From the NCBI GenBank assembly GCA_032654565.1, contig JAULAX010000015.1, positions 768,001 through 832,000 of the forward strand: 64,000 bases of DNA, in the 5' to 3' direction. The notes under the pieces were generated by a model that saw only the letters and a program-made list of their open reading frames with translations, ran no database searches and had not been told where the DNA came from. This DNA is from Anaeromyxobacteraceae bacterium (GTDB lineage: Bacteria > Myxococcota > Myxococcia > Myxococcales > Anaeromyxobacteraceae). The stretch's first letter is position 1, and every line of letters starts with the position of its first letter. Below are positions 1 to 9,386 of this stretch, piece by piece. The position numbers and the translations under genes were made by a program.

Positions 1-2
1 CG

Positions 3-1424
3 GCGTTCCGGGCGGCGCGCCAGGCGGCCCAGGTGGTGCTCGACCTCAACCAGTCGGCCATGGTGCGCCGGGCGGCCGAGGCCCGCGAGCAGGCCGCCGA
101 CCGGACGGCGCTGGTCATCGCCGCCACCGTGGCCGGGGTGCTGGCCGGCACCCTGCTGGCCCTCGGCGCCGCGGCGCGGCTGCTGCGCCCGGTGTCGGCG
201 CTGGCCGGGGCGGCGCGGCGGATCGCGGCCGGCGACCTCGACGCCCGCGCCCGGGTCGACGGCTCGGACGAGCTGGCGGAGCTGGCCGGGGAGTTCGACG
301 CCATGGCCGACCGGATCGCCGAGTATCGACGGAGCTCCCTGGGCGAGCTGCTCCAGGCGCAGGCCGCCCTGCAGGCGGCCATCGACGCCCTCCCGGACCC
401 GGTGCTGGTGCTCGACCGGGGAGGGCGGATCCAGAACCTCAACCGGGCGGCGGCGGCGGCGCTGGGCCGCGGTGGCGACGAGGCCCGGGAGGCCTCCCTG
501 GCCGCCCTCCCCGAAGGGCTGCGCACCGGGGTCGAGGCGGTGCTGGCGGCCCGGCTGGCCGGGCGAGACGATCCGGCCGGGCAAGGGCTCGAGGCGGCGG
601 TGCGCTGGGACGGACCCGAGGGGTCGCGCTGGCTCCTGCCCCGCGGCTCGGCGCTCCGGGGAGAGCGGGGCTCGGTGAGCGGGGCGGCGATCCTCCTGCA
701 GGACGTGACCCGGCTGCGCCGCGTGGACCAGCTCAAGAACGACCTGGTGGCCACGGTGGCCCATGAGCTGCGGACCCCGCTCACCTCCTTGCGGATGGCC
801 GTGCTGCTCAGCCTCGACGGCACGGCCGGGCCGGTCAGCGCCAGGCAGGCCGAGCTGCTCCAGGCGGCCCGCCAGGACTGCGAGCGGCTCCAGGCGACCG
901 TGGACGACCTGCTCGACCTGACCCGGATCCAGTCCGGCCGCCTCGAGCTGGTGCGCCGGCCGGTCGAGGTCGGCACGCTGCTGGAGGAGGCCCGGAGCGC
1001 CTCGCGGGAGCTCGCCGCCGCGGCAGGGGTGGCCGTGGTGGTCCGCGACGGCGACGGGGCGCCGGTCGAGGTCGATCCGGAGCGGATCGCCCTGGTGCTC
1101 TCCAACCTTGTGGGGAACGCGCTCCGCCACACCCCGGCCGGCGGTACCTTGACCCTGTCCGCCGTGGCCGAGGGGGGTGGCGTCCGGTTCGAGGTCGAGG
1201 ACACCGGCGCCGGCATCGCCGCCGAGTACCTGCCGCGCCTCTTCGAGCGCTTCTTCAGCGTTCCGGGAGCGCAGCGGGGCAGCGTCGGGCTCGGGCTCTA
1301 CCTGGTGCGGGAGATCGTCCAGGCCCACGGCGGGGAGGTGGGCGTGGAGAGCGAGCCGGGGCGGGGCAGCCGCTTCTGGTTCAGGCTGCCGCGGCGGGCG
1401 CCCGAGGGCGCGGCGACCTCCTGA
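3..1424 (+). CDS. Membrane sensor histidine kinase (HAMP-PAS-HisKA-HATPase), KinB-like; 5' end lies outside the window
   Basis: Frame is open from the window start; TM helix, HAMP (DELAELAGEFDAM), H-box VAHELRTPLT, N-box NLVGNALRH, G-boxes DTGAGI and GLGL. Confidence 0.9.
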   Translation, partial: AFRAARQAAQVVLDLNQSAMVRRAAEAREQAADRTALVIAATVAGVLAGTLLALGAAARLLRPVSALAGAARRIAAGDLDARARVDGSDELAELAGEFDAMADRIAEYRRSSLGELLQAQAALQAAIDALPDPVLVLDRGGRIQNLNRAAAAALGRGGDEAREASLAALPEGLRTGVEAVLAARLAGRDDPAGQGLEAAVRWDGPEGSRWLLPRGSALRGERGSVSGAAILLQDVTRLRRVDQLKNDLVATVAHELRTPLTSLRMAVLLSLDGTAGPVSARQAELLQAARQDCERLQATVDDLLDLTRIQSGRLELVRRPVEVGTLLEEARSASRELAAAAGVAVVVRDGDGAPVEVDPERIALVLSNLVGNALRHTPAGGTLTLSAVAEGGGVRFEVEDTGAGIAAEYLPRLFERFFSVPGAQRGSVGLGLYLVREIVQAHGGEVGVESEPGRGSRFWFRLPRRAPEGAATS

Positions 1425-2783
1425 TCAGCGCCCCAGCCGCTTCCGCTTTCGCCAGAGGGTCGAGGTGTCGATGCCCAGGACGCGGGCCGCCTCCTCCATG
1501 GTCGGCACCCGAGCCAGCACGCGGAGCAGGTGCTCGCGCTCGATCTCCTCGACGCTGAAGTCCCCCCCCAGCACCGGCACCGCCGAGACCCGCTGACGCA
1601 GCCGCTCGGGGAGGGCCTCGAGGTCGAGCAGGCGGGAGGTGGAGAGGATGGTGGCGCGCTCCATGACGTTGCGCAGCTCCCGGACGTTCCCCGGCCAGGG
1701 GTAGGCCGCCAGGGCCCGCGCGGCCGCTTCGCTGAGCTCGGCCGCGGGGCGGCGCGCCGCCTGGGCGAAGAAGGCCAGGAAGCGCCCGGCCAGGGGGAGG
1801 ATGTCCTCGGGCCGGTCCCGCAGGGGGGGGACGATCACCTCGACCACGTTGAGCCGGTAGAGCAGGTCCTCCCTGAAGCGCCCCGACTTGACCTCGGCCT
1901 CGAGGTCGCGGTTGGTGGCGGCGACGATGCGGACGTCGGCGCTCCGGGTCCTGTTCTCGCCGACCCGCTCGAAGGCCTTCTCCTGCAGGAAGCGGAGCAG
2001 CTTGGCCTGGAGACCCGGCGAGATCTCCCCGACCTCGTCGAGGAAGATGGTGCCGCCCTCGGCCGCCTCGACGCGCCCCGGCTGGTCGCGGACGGCCCCG
2101 GTGAAGGCCCCCCGGGCATGGCCGAAGAGCTCGCTGGCCAGGAGCTCGTCGGTGAGGGTCGGGCAGTTGACCACCACCAGGGGCCTGCTCCGCCGAGGCG
2201 AGACGCCGTGGATGAGGCGGGCCAGGACTCCCTTGCCGGTGCCGTTCTCTCCGCGAAGCAGCACCGCCACCTCCGAGGCGGCGGCCCGCTGCACCACCTC
2301 CAGGACGGCGCGCATCCTCGGCGAGGCGGTGTCGAGCGAGACCTCGGGGGCGGCCTCGCCGAGGCGCGACTCGAGCTCAACGACCCGGGCCACCTCGATG
2401 CGCCGGGCCACCAGCCGCTCGACGACCAGCCGGATCTGGCCTGGGGTGAAGGGCTTGGGGAGGTAGTCGGCGGCGCCGCGCTTGACGGCCTCCACGGCGG
2501 TGTCGAAGGTGGCGAAGGCCGTGATGACGACCACGTCGAGGCCAGGGCGCTCCGCCAGCAGGCGTGGCAGCAGGTCCAGGCCGAGCTCCTCGCCGAGGCG
2601 CAGGTCGAGGAAGGCGAGGTCGAAGGGGGCGTGGCGCAGGGCCTCGAGGGCGGCGTCACCGGTGGAGGCCTGGGCCACCCGGCACCCCAGCCCCTCCAGG
2701 CAGAGCGCCAGCGTGGCCCGGATGTTCTTCTCGTCGTCGATGACGAGCGCGCGCGGCGGGAGCGGGCGGGGCGGCTCGACCAT
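1425..2783 (-). CDS. Sigma54-dependent response regulator (NtrC/AlgB-like)
   Basis: Receiver domain, GENGTGK Walker A, GAFTGA loop, WPGNVREL, Fis-type HTH (LGIDTSTLWRK); convergent with and abutting the kinase. Confidence 0.93.
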   Translation of the reverse strand: MVEPPRPLPPRALVIDDEKNIRATLALCLEGLGCRVAQASTGDAALEALRHAPFDLAFLDLRLGEELGLDLLPRLLAERPGLDVVVITAFATFDTAVEAVKRGAADYLPKPFTPGQIRLVVERLVARRIEVARVVELESRLGEAAPEVSLDTASPRMRAVLEVVQRAAASEVAVLLRGENGTGKGVLARLIHGVSPRRSRPLVVVNCPTLTDELLASELFGHARGAFTGAVRDQPGRVEAAEGGTIFLDEVGEISPGLQAKLLRFLQEKAFERVGENRTRSADVRIVAATNRDLEAEVKSGRFREDLLYRLNVVEVIVPPLRDRPEDILPLAGRFLAFFAQAARRPAAELSEAAARALAAYPWPGNVRELRNVMERATILSTSRLLDLEALPERLRQRVSAVPVLGGDFSVEEIEREHLLRVLARVPTMEEAARVLGIDTSTLWRKRKRLGR

Positions 2784-2786
2784 GGC

Positions 2787-3950
2787 TCAAAGCCGGTAGC
2801 GCAGCAGGTGGATCTCCAGCGGCCCGTTCCAGAGCCGGTGGTCGATCTCCGCCTTGCGCGAGAGCGCCTGCTGCAGCAGCGGGTTGCCGGAGAGCAGCAC
2901 CGCGCTCCAGCCCGGGTGGCGCTCCAGCAGCTCGGCCAGCAGCCGGTAGAAGCCGACCAGCTTGCGCTCCTGGGTGCGGGCCGCCGAGCGCGCCTCGGGG
3001 CCGTCCTCCTCGGCGATGAGCCGCTCGCCGTAGGGCGGGTTCATGCAGAGCGTGCCGGCCTCGCCGCGGGGCGAGAGGTCACGCACGTTGGCCTGCTCGA
3101 TCACCAGGTCGCCGGCCACCCCGGCCAGGTGGGCGTTGCGCCGGCAGGCGTCGATGGCCTTGGGGTGGAAGTCGGAGGCGAAGATGGGGGCCGGCAGCGA
3201 CGGCAGCACCGCGGCGCGCGCCTGGCCGCGCAGCTTGTCCCAGCGCGACTGCAGCTCGTCGCGGTAGCAGGTCCAGCGCTGGAAGGCGAAGGAGCGGTCC
3301 AGCCCCGGGGCGATGCAGCGGGCCCGCAGCGCCTGCTCGATGGCCAGCGTCCCCGACCCGCAGAGCGGATCGACGAAGGGCAGCCCGGTCTCGATGCGCC
3401 CCAGCAGCAGCACCGCCGCCGCCAGCGTCTCCTTGAGCGGGGCCACGCTGGTGGTGGTGCGCCAGCCGCGCTTGTGGAGCGGCTCGCCGGCCAGGTCGAG
3501 CGAGAGCGTCCCCTGGCCGCCGTCGAGGTGGAGCACGATGGGGACGTCGGGGTTCCGGGTGTCGACGTCGGGCCGGGCCCCCAGCTTGTCGCGGAGCTGG
3601 TCGACCACGCCGTCCTTCACCTTGAGCGCCGCGAAGCCGGTGTGGGTGACCCCGGGGGCGACGCCGGTGGCCTCCACCGCCAGGGTGGTCTTCTCGGTGA
3701 GCCAGGGGGTCCAGTCGACGCCGCGGGCCGCCTCGTAGAGGTCGTCGGCGCCGCCCACCGGGAACTCGGCCAGCTCCAGCAGCACCCGCATGGCGGTGCG
3801 CGAGTGGAGGCAGGCCTTGGCGCCGTGCTCCAGCTTCCCCTCGAAGTGGACGCCGCCGCGGCCGCCGCGCACCGCCGGCAGCTTGAGGGCCGACAGCTCC
3901 TGGCGCAGCGCCCCCTCGGTCCCCTTGCTGCACGTGGCGAAGAAGCGCAT
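2787..3950 (-). CDS. THUMP-domain SAM-dependent RNA methyltransferase (RlmL-like)
   Basis: FFATCSKGTE start, GEPLHKRGWR, APLKETLAAA, DPLCGSGT, NPPYGERL. Confidence 0.9.
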   Translation of the reverse strand: MRFFATCSKGTEGALRQELSALKLPAVRGGRGGVHFEGKLEHGAKACLHSRTAMRVLLELAEFPVGGADDLYEAARGVDWTPWLTEKTTLAVEATGVAPGVTHTGFAALKVKDGVVDQLRDKLGARPDVDTRNPDVPIVLHLDGGQGTLSLDLAGEPLHKRGWRTTTSVAPLKETLAAAVLLLGRIETGLPFVDPLCGSGTLAIEQALRARCIAPGLDRSFAFQRWTCYRDELQSRWDKLRGQARAAVLPSLPAPIFASDFHPKAIDACRRNAHLAGVAGDLVIEQANVRDLSPRGEAGTLCMNPPYGERLIAEEDGPEARSAARTQERKLVGFYRLLAELLERHPGWSAVLLSGNPLLQQALSRKAEIDHRLWNGPLEIHLLRYRL

Positions 3951-4930
3951 CAGGTCCCCGGGGCAGGCGGTGGTGGGGCGCCGGCCGGGCGGGTCCCGAA
4001 GGTGCCGGCCCGGATCGAGCCGCGGTTGGTGCGCTTGGCCTCGTACATCAGCTCGTCGCCGCGGGCCAGCAGGTCGTCGAACTGGCTGGGGGCCTCGAGG
4101 AAGGTGGCCACGCCGATGGAGAAGCCGACCCGCCAGCCGTGGTGCTCCACCGCCGCCAGCAGGTTGAGCCGGACCCGCGCCAGCAGCGCCACCGCCGCGG
4201 CCGCCTCGGTCTCGTGCATGAGCAGGCCGAACTCGTCGCCGCCCAGCCGCGACAGGGCGTCGGTGGTGCGGGTCGAGGCCCGCAGCGCCTGGGCCACCAC
4301 CACCAGCAGGGCGTCCCCCTCGCGGTGCCCCCTCGAATCGTTGATGTGCTTGAACCCGTCGCAGTCGAGGTAGGCGAAGGAGAGGGGGCGGCCGGTGCGG
4401 CGGGCCCGCTCCAGCTCCAGGGTGGCCACCTCGCCGAAGGCGCGGCGGTTGGGCAGCCCGGTGAGCGGGTCGGTGCGGGCCATCTGCTGCTCCAGCTCGA
4501 GCCGGTCGCGCAGCCCGGTCACCAGCAGCACCAGGGCCACGAAGACGCCCAGCTGGACCATCAGGTTCCAGGCCAGCACGCCCACCGGGAGGGGGGTGCC
4601 GTGCCGGGCGTAGAGGTCGGCGGCGCTCGAGGCGACCGAGGCCAGCACCGAGAGCCCGAACCCCCAGCGGGTCGAGCCCAGCCAGGCGCCGAAGGCGATG
4701 GGGGCCAGGTAGAGCAGGGTGAAGTTGACGTCGGGGCCGGTGAGGACGTCGCCCACGCCGATGCAGAGGATGAGCCCGATGGAGATGAGCACCACCCCGA
4801 TCCGGGAGAGGGCCCCCAGGTCGGCGCCGGCCGGGTCGGCCGGGTCTGCCGGGTCTGCCGGCAGGGGGGCGGCCGAGGACCCCTCGGACCCGGCGCCCGG
4901 CGGCGGCTGGAGCGGGTCCGCTGGGCTCAC
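3950..4930 (-). CDS. Membrane-bound diguanylate cyclase (GGDEF)
   Basis: Several TM helices, TDPLTGLPNRR, RLGGDEF with RxxD I-site (RTTD); GTG start overlaps the upstream TGA (GTGA at 4927-4930). Confidence 0.88.
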   Translation of the reverse strand: MSPADPLQPPPGAGSEGSSAAPLPADPADPADPAGADLGALSRIGVVLISIGLILCIGVGDVLTGPDVNFTLLYLAPIAFGAWLGSTRWGFGLSVLASVASSAADLYARHGTPLPVGVLAWNLMVQLGVFVALVLLVTGLRDRLELEQQMARTDPLTGLPNRRAFGEVATLELERARRTGRPLSFAYLDCDGFKHINDSRGHREGDALLVVVAQALRASTRTTDALSRLGGDEFGLLMHETEAAAAVALLARVRLNLLAAVEHHGWRVGFSIGVATFLEAPSQFDDLLARGDELMYEAKRTNRGSIRAGTFGTRPAGAPPPPAPGT

Positions 4931-6027
4931 CGGGGGACGCTCGCCTCGAGGCGCCGGTTGGCGGCCCGCCCGCGCGCCGTGAAGTTGGGGACCAGCGGGT
5001 TCTCGCCGCCGCGGCCGGCCACGCCGATCCGCCCGGCCTCGATCCCCAGCTCGACGAGGCGCCGGGCCGCCGCCTGCGCCATGGCCATGGAGAGGCGGGA
5101 GTCGGCGTAGGGATCGGCGGAGGCGTCGACGTACCCCACCAGCCGGACGGTGAGCGCCGGCGCCGCGGCCAGCACCGCCGCCAGGTCGACGAGGCCGGCC
5201 TCGCGCCCCAGGTCGGCGGTGCGCTCCTTGAAGGCCACCTCCTCGAGCGTGACCCGGCCGCGCTCGGAGAGCCGCCGGGCCCAGTCCCGCTGCCGGGCGG
5301 TGCGGAGCGAGGCGGGGACGGTGGCCGCGGGGGCCTCCTCGGCCGGGGTGGTGGCCGCAGGCCTGGCCTGGGCCGCTGCCGGCGGCGGCGGCGGCGGCGG
5401 CGAGACCCACAGGGCCGCGGCGGCGGCGTGGAGCGCCTCGCGCCGCCCCTTGTCGAAGCAGCTCCGCGCCCCCGGCGCCCCGAGGCGGTCGAGGACCGGG
5501 CGGGCCAGGTCGACGACGCTGCGGCGCACCGCCGCCTCGAGCGGCTCTCCCGGGGCCGGCAGCACCGGCGCGCTGCCGGCGAAGACCAGCTCCCGGCTGG
5601 GCGAGAGGATGAGCCGGAGCGTCACCACCATCCCCGGCTCGCGGCCGCGGCCGCGCCCCTCGACGGCGCCGTAGAGCGCGCCGTCCGCCCCCAGCAGCTC
5701 GGCCAGCTCCAGCGCCGTGCCGCCCGAGACGCCCGTCCCCAGCTCCAGCGGCGTGTCGGCCAGCAGGGCGCGCAGCTCGGCGACCGGGAGGAGCTGGGTG
5801 CGGACCGGGTCGACGCTCGCCTCCAGCGCGCTGGTGGCGGCGACGGCGGCCAGCGGCGCATCGGCGGCGCTCTCCACCGGGGCGAGGAGCAGGCAGCGCA
5901 CCCGGGCCAGCTCGGCCTGCCGGACCACGGGGGCGGCGGCGGGCCGCTCGGCGGGCGCGGCGCGGAGGCCGGCGCAGGAGGTGAGCAGGGCGAGGCAGGG
6001 CGAGAGGATGGCCGCGAGGGGGCGCAT
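4927..6027 (-). CDS. Lipoprotein with C-terminal OmpA-like peptidoglycan-binding domain
   Basis: Lipobox-like LLTSC, Pro-rich linker, C-terminal GYVD...RLS...GRGGENPLVPN...GRAANRR. Confidence 0.78.
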   Translation of the reverse strand: MRPLAAILSPCLALLTSCAGLRAAPAERPAAAPVVRQAELARVRCLLLAPVESAADAPLAAVAATSALEASVDPVRTQLLPVAELRALLADTPLELGTGVSGGTALELAELLGADGALYGAVEGRGRGREPGMVVTLRLILSPSRELVFAGSAPVLPAPGEPLEAAVRRSVVDLARPVLDRLGAPGARSCFDKGRREALHAAAAALWVSPPPPPPPAAAQARPAATTPAEEAPAATVPASLRTARQRDWARRLSERGRVTLEEVAFKERTADLGREAGLVDLAAVLAAAPALTVRLVGYVDASADPYADSRLSMAMAQAAARRLVELGIEAGRIGVAGRGGENPLVPNFTARGRAANRRLEASVPR

Positions 6028-6094
6028 GGACCCGCCATGGTACCCCGGAGTGCGTGCCGGCGGATCCCCGGGCGGGGCCCCCCCGGGTGACGAC

Positions 6095-6138
6095 GTCACC
6101 CTTCCGTTGCACGGGGGCCACCGTCCTGTCACGGTGGC
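6095..6138 (+). promoter_or_regulatory. Pho-box-like array upstream of phoB
   Basis: GTCAC(6095), GTTGC(6106), GCCAC(6117), GTCAC(6128) at exact 11-bp period. Confidence 0.72.
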
Positions 6139-6154
6139 GTGAGGTGATCTGCGC

Positions 6155-6853
6155 GTGACCACGGTTCTCCTCTGCGACGATGAGCGCGACCTCCTCTCGG
6201 TCCTCGACTTCAACCTGCGCGCGGCCGGGTTCGAGACCATCCTCGCCACCCGCGGCGAGGAGGCGCTGCAGGCCCTGCGGCGGCGGGTCCCGGACCTGGT
6301 GCTGCTCGACCTGATGCTGCCGGACCTGCCCGGCACCGAGATCTGCCGGCGCATCAAGGCCGATCCGCGCACCCGTCACGTGCCGGTGGTGATGCTCACC
6401 GCCAAGGGCGAGGAGGTCGACCGGGTGGTCGGCTTCGAGCTGGGGGCCGACGACTACGTCACCAAGCCCTTCAGCGTGCGCGAGCTGGTGCTGCGCCTCA
6501 AGGCGGTGATGCGCCGGGCCGGCGGCGGGCGGGGCGCCGAGCAGCCGCGGCCCCAGGTCGGCCCCATCCGCGTCGACGTCGACTCCCACCGCGCCTTCGT
6601 CGACGGCGTGGCCATGGAGCTGACGCCGCTGGAGTTCCGGCTGCTGACCACCTTCATGGCCCGCCTGGGGCGGGTCCAGTCGCGCGAGCAGCTGCTCGAG
6701 GACGTCTGGGAGATGTCGCCGGAGGTGGAGACCCGGACCGTCGACACCCACGTGAAGCGGCTGCGCGAGAAGCTGGGCGCCGGGCGCGAGCTGCTGGAGA
6801 CGGTCCGCGGCATCGGCTACCGGATGGTCGACCCGGCCGACCAGGGGTCCTAG
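6155..6853 (+). CDS. phoB: Phosphate regulon response regulator (OmpR family)
   Basis: LLDLMLPD, GADDYVTKPFS, TRTVDTHVKRLR, ETVRGIGY; upstream of phoR and pst genes. Confidence 0.88.
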   Translation: MTTVLLCDDERDLLSVLDFNLRAAGFETILATRGEEALQALRRRVPDLVLLDLMLPDLPGTEICRRIKADPRTRHVPVVMLTAKGEEVDRVVGFELGADDYVTKPFSVRELVLRLKAVMRRAGGGRGAEQPRPQVGPIRVDVDSHRAFVDGVAMELTPLEFRLLTTFMARLGRVQSREQLLEDVWEMSPEVETRTVDTHVKRLREKLGAGRELLETVRGIGYRMVDPADQGS

Positions 6854-6858
6854 GCGCC

Positions 6859-8007
6859 ATGGCGATCGGACGGACGCCGCTCTCTGCCGCCGTCAAGGCG
6901 CTCCGCGCCGAGCTGGCCGGCGGCCCCCACGCCGACCTCGGGCAGGACATCGCCGAGCTGGGCAGCCTGCTCCTGCAGCGCGAGCTGCGCCGCTTCGCCA
7001 CCGTGCGGGATCCCGCCGAGCAGGAGCTGCTGGCCTCCCTGCCCGACGCCGCGGCGGTGGTGGCGGTCGACGGCCGGGTGCGGGTCTGCAACGGCGCCTT
7101 CGACGCCCTCTCCGCCAGCGGCCGGGCCGCCGGCCTCACCGCCCTGGAGGTGACCCGGAGCGGCGAGCTGGCCGAGGCGGTCCGCCGGGCCCTGGAGGGG
7201 ACGGCGCGGCGGCTGGAGCTCACCCTGCAGCACCGCGCCCTCTCGGTGCAGCTGACCCCGCTCTTGCGCGGCGAGGTGCTCTGCCTGGCCCGCGACGTCA
7301 CCGAGGAGCGGCGCGCCGCCGCCACCAAACGCGACTTCGTGGCCAACGCCTCCCACGAGCTGCGCACCCCGGTGGCCGCCATCCGCGGCGCCGCCGAGAC
7401 CCTGCTGGCCGGCGCCCTCGACCAGCCGGAGACGGCGCGTGGCTTCGTGGAGATCGTCCACCGCCAGGCGGAGCGGCTCTCCCGCCTCACCCAGGACCTG
7501 CTCGACCTCTCCCGCCTGGAGTCGCGGCAGTGGCGCTTCGAGCTGGCGCCGGTGGAGCTCACGGCCCTGGCCCGGCAGCTGCTCGAGCTGCAGGGGCCGG
7601 GCGCCCGCAAGAAGGGGCTGGAGCTGCGCGTCGAGATCCCCGTCGGCCTGGTCGCCATGGGCGACGGCCGGGCCCTGGAGCAGGTGGTGGTCAACCTGGT
7701 GGACAACGCCATCAAGTACACCCCGGGTGGATCGGTCGAGGTGCGGGCCACCGCGCTGGGCGAGGACGTGGTGCTCACCGTCGCCGACACCGGCCCGGGC
7801 ATCGAGGCCCACCACCTGGCCCGGCTCTTCGAGCGGTTCTACCGGGTCGATCCAGGCCGGGCCCGCGAGGCCGGCGGCACCGGGCTGGGGCTGGCCATCG
7901 CCAAGCACCTCGTCCAGGGGATGCACGGCGAGATCGGCGTGGAGAGCGGCGCCGGCGGGACCTGCTTCACGGTGCGGCTCCCCAGCGCCGGACCCGTCCG
8001 GGGCTGA
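6859..8007 (+). CDS. phoR: Phosphate regulon sensor histidine kinase
   Basis: DFVANASHELRTP, NLVDNAIKYT, FERFYRVD, GGTGLGLAI; pho/pst context. Confidence 0.85.
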   Translation: MAIGRTPLSAAVKALRAELAGGPHADLGQDIAELGSLLLQRELRRFATVRDPAEQELLASLPDAAAVVAVDGRVRVCNGAFDALSASGRAAGLTALEVTRSGELAEAVRRALEGTARRLELTLQHRALSVQLTPLLRGEVLCLARDVTEERRAAATKRDFVANASHELRTPVAAIRGAAETLLAGALDQPETARGFVEIVHRQAERLSRLTQDLLDLSRLESRQWRFELAPVELTALARQLLELQGPGARKKGLELRVEIPVGLVAMGDGRALEQVVVNLVDNAIKYTPGGSVEVRATALGEDVVLTVADTGPGIEAHHLARLFERFYRVDPGRAREAGGTGLGLAIAKHLVQGMHGEIGVESGAGGTCFTVRLPSAGPVRG

Positions 8008-8029
8008 TCGTCCGGCGGCCGGTGACGCT

Positions 8030-8073
8030 CTCACCGATCCGTCACACGACCGCCCCGGCGCCGCCATGCACCA
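8030..8073 (+). promoter_or_regulatory. Pho-box-like array upstream of the porin-pstS unit
   Basis: CTCAC(8030), GTCAC(8041), GCCCC(8052), GCCAT(8063) at 11-bp period. Confidence 0.62.
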
Positions 8074-8138
8074 ATCCTAGAACCACCCCGAACCGAGCAG
8101 GTGCTCGTCACCATCTCTCTCGAAAAGGGGCAGCTCAC

Positions 8139-9353
8139 ATGTTTGCACGCATCGTCGCCATCCTCGCCGCCGCGGCCCTCGCGCCCGCGGTCGCCGTCGC
8201 CCAGGAGGCCCAGGCCTCCACCCCCGCCACCGACCCGGCCGTCGTGGAGGGCAAGGTCGACTCGCTCGCCGAGCAGTACGCCGAGACCAAGGCCGACGTG
8301 GCCTCCATGAAGAAGCTGAAGCTCTCCGGCTACATCCAGGCCCGCTACGCCTGGCTGGAGGCCGCCAACTACAACGCCTCCGCCGCCGCCGCGACCGCGA
8401 CCACCCCCTCGCAGAGCGGCTTCTTCATCCGCCGCGGCCGCTTCAAGGCCACCTACGAGGCCGACCTGGCCCAGTACGTGGTCCAGATCGACGTCACCCC
8501 GGCCGGCCTGTCGATGAAGGAGGGCTACGCCAGCATCAAGCTCCCCTACGGCCTGGCGCTCGACGCCGGCCTCCAGCTCTTCCCCTTCGGCTACGAGGTC
8601 TTCGCCCGCTCCTCCTCCGACCTCGACACCCTGGAGCGGTCGCGGGTCACCCGGGCCTTCCTGGCCGGCGAGTACGACCTCGGCCTGGCCCTGCGCGGCA
8701 AGGTCTCCGCGGTCAACTTCAAGGTCGGCGCCTTCAACGGCAACGGCGTCGACTCCGGCCAGGTCGGCCGTGACAACGACCAGCTCAAGGACATCATCGG
8801 CCGCGCCTGGGTCGACATGGGCATGGTGACCGCCGGCGTCTCCGGCTGGTACGGCAAGACCATCAACTACGCCCGCGCCGACGACAAGTCCTACGACCGC
8901 AACCGCGTCGCCGCCGACGTCCAGGTCTTCCTCGACCTCCTCTCCATCGGCGGCACCGCCGTCAAGGGCGAGTACATCTGGGGCCACACCACCATCGGCA
9001 ACACCGCCGGCAACCTCGGCGCCGGCGGCAACCTCCCCGGCCTGACCTCGCTGGCCCCGGTCCCGACCGGCTCCGGCTGGTACGCCACCCTGCTGCAGAA
9101 CTTCGGCAAGCCCTACCAGCTGGCGGTCAAGTACGAGCAGTACATGCCGAACCACACCGCGGCCATCTCCGCCCCCACCAGCACCACGGTCAAGGTCCAG
9201 CAGGAGGTGCAGGTGGCCGTCCACGCCTTCGTGGGCGGGAACGCCAAGCTGACCGCGGCGTGGTTCCACCCCATGAACGGCGAGAAGGGCGCGGCCGCCC
9301 CGTCCGACCCCAAGGCCGACCAGTACATCCTCCAGGCCCAGGTCCGCTTCTAG
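8139..9353 (+). CDS. Outer-membrane porin, probably phosphate-selective (OprO/OprP-like)
   Basis: Signal peptide, coiled segment, LSGYIQARY, FFIRRGRFK, beta-strand pattern, C-terminal QAQVRF; sits between phoR and pstS. Confidence 0.78.
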   Translation: MFARIVAILAAAALAPAVAVAQEAQASTPATDPAVVEGKVDSLAEQYAETKADVASMKKLKLSGYIQARYAWLEAANYNASAAAATATTPSQSGFFIRRGRFKATYEADLAQYVVQIDVTPAGLSMKEGYASIKLPYGLALDAGLQLFPFGYEVFARSSSDLDTLERSRVTRAFLAGEYDLGLALRGKVSAVNFKVGAFNGNGVDSGQVGRDNDQLKDIIGRAWVDMGMVTAGVSGWYGKTINYARADDKSYDRNRVAADVQVFLDLLSIGGTAVKGEYIWGHTTIGNTAGNLGAGGNLPGLTSLAPVPTGSGWYATLLQNFGKPYQLAVKYEQYMPNHTAAISAPTSTTVKVQQEVQVAVHAFVGGNAKLTAAWFHPMNGEKGAAAPSDPKADQYILQAQVRF

Positions 9354-9386
9354 GCCGCCCACCTCCACCAGAAGGAGACACCCACC

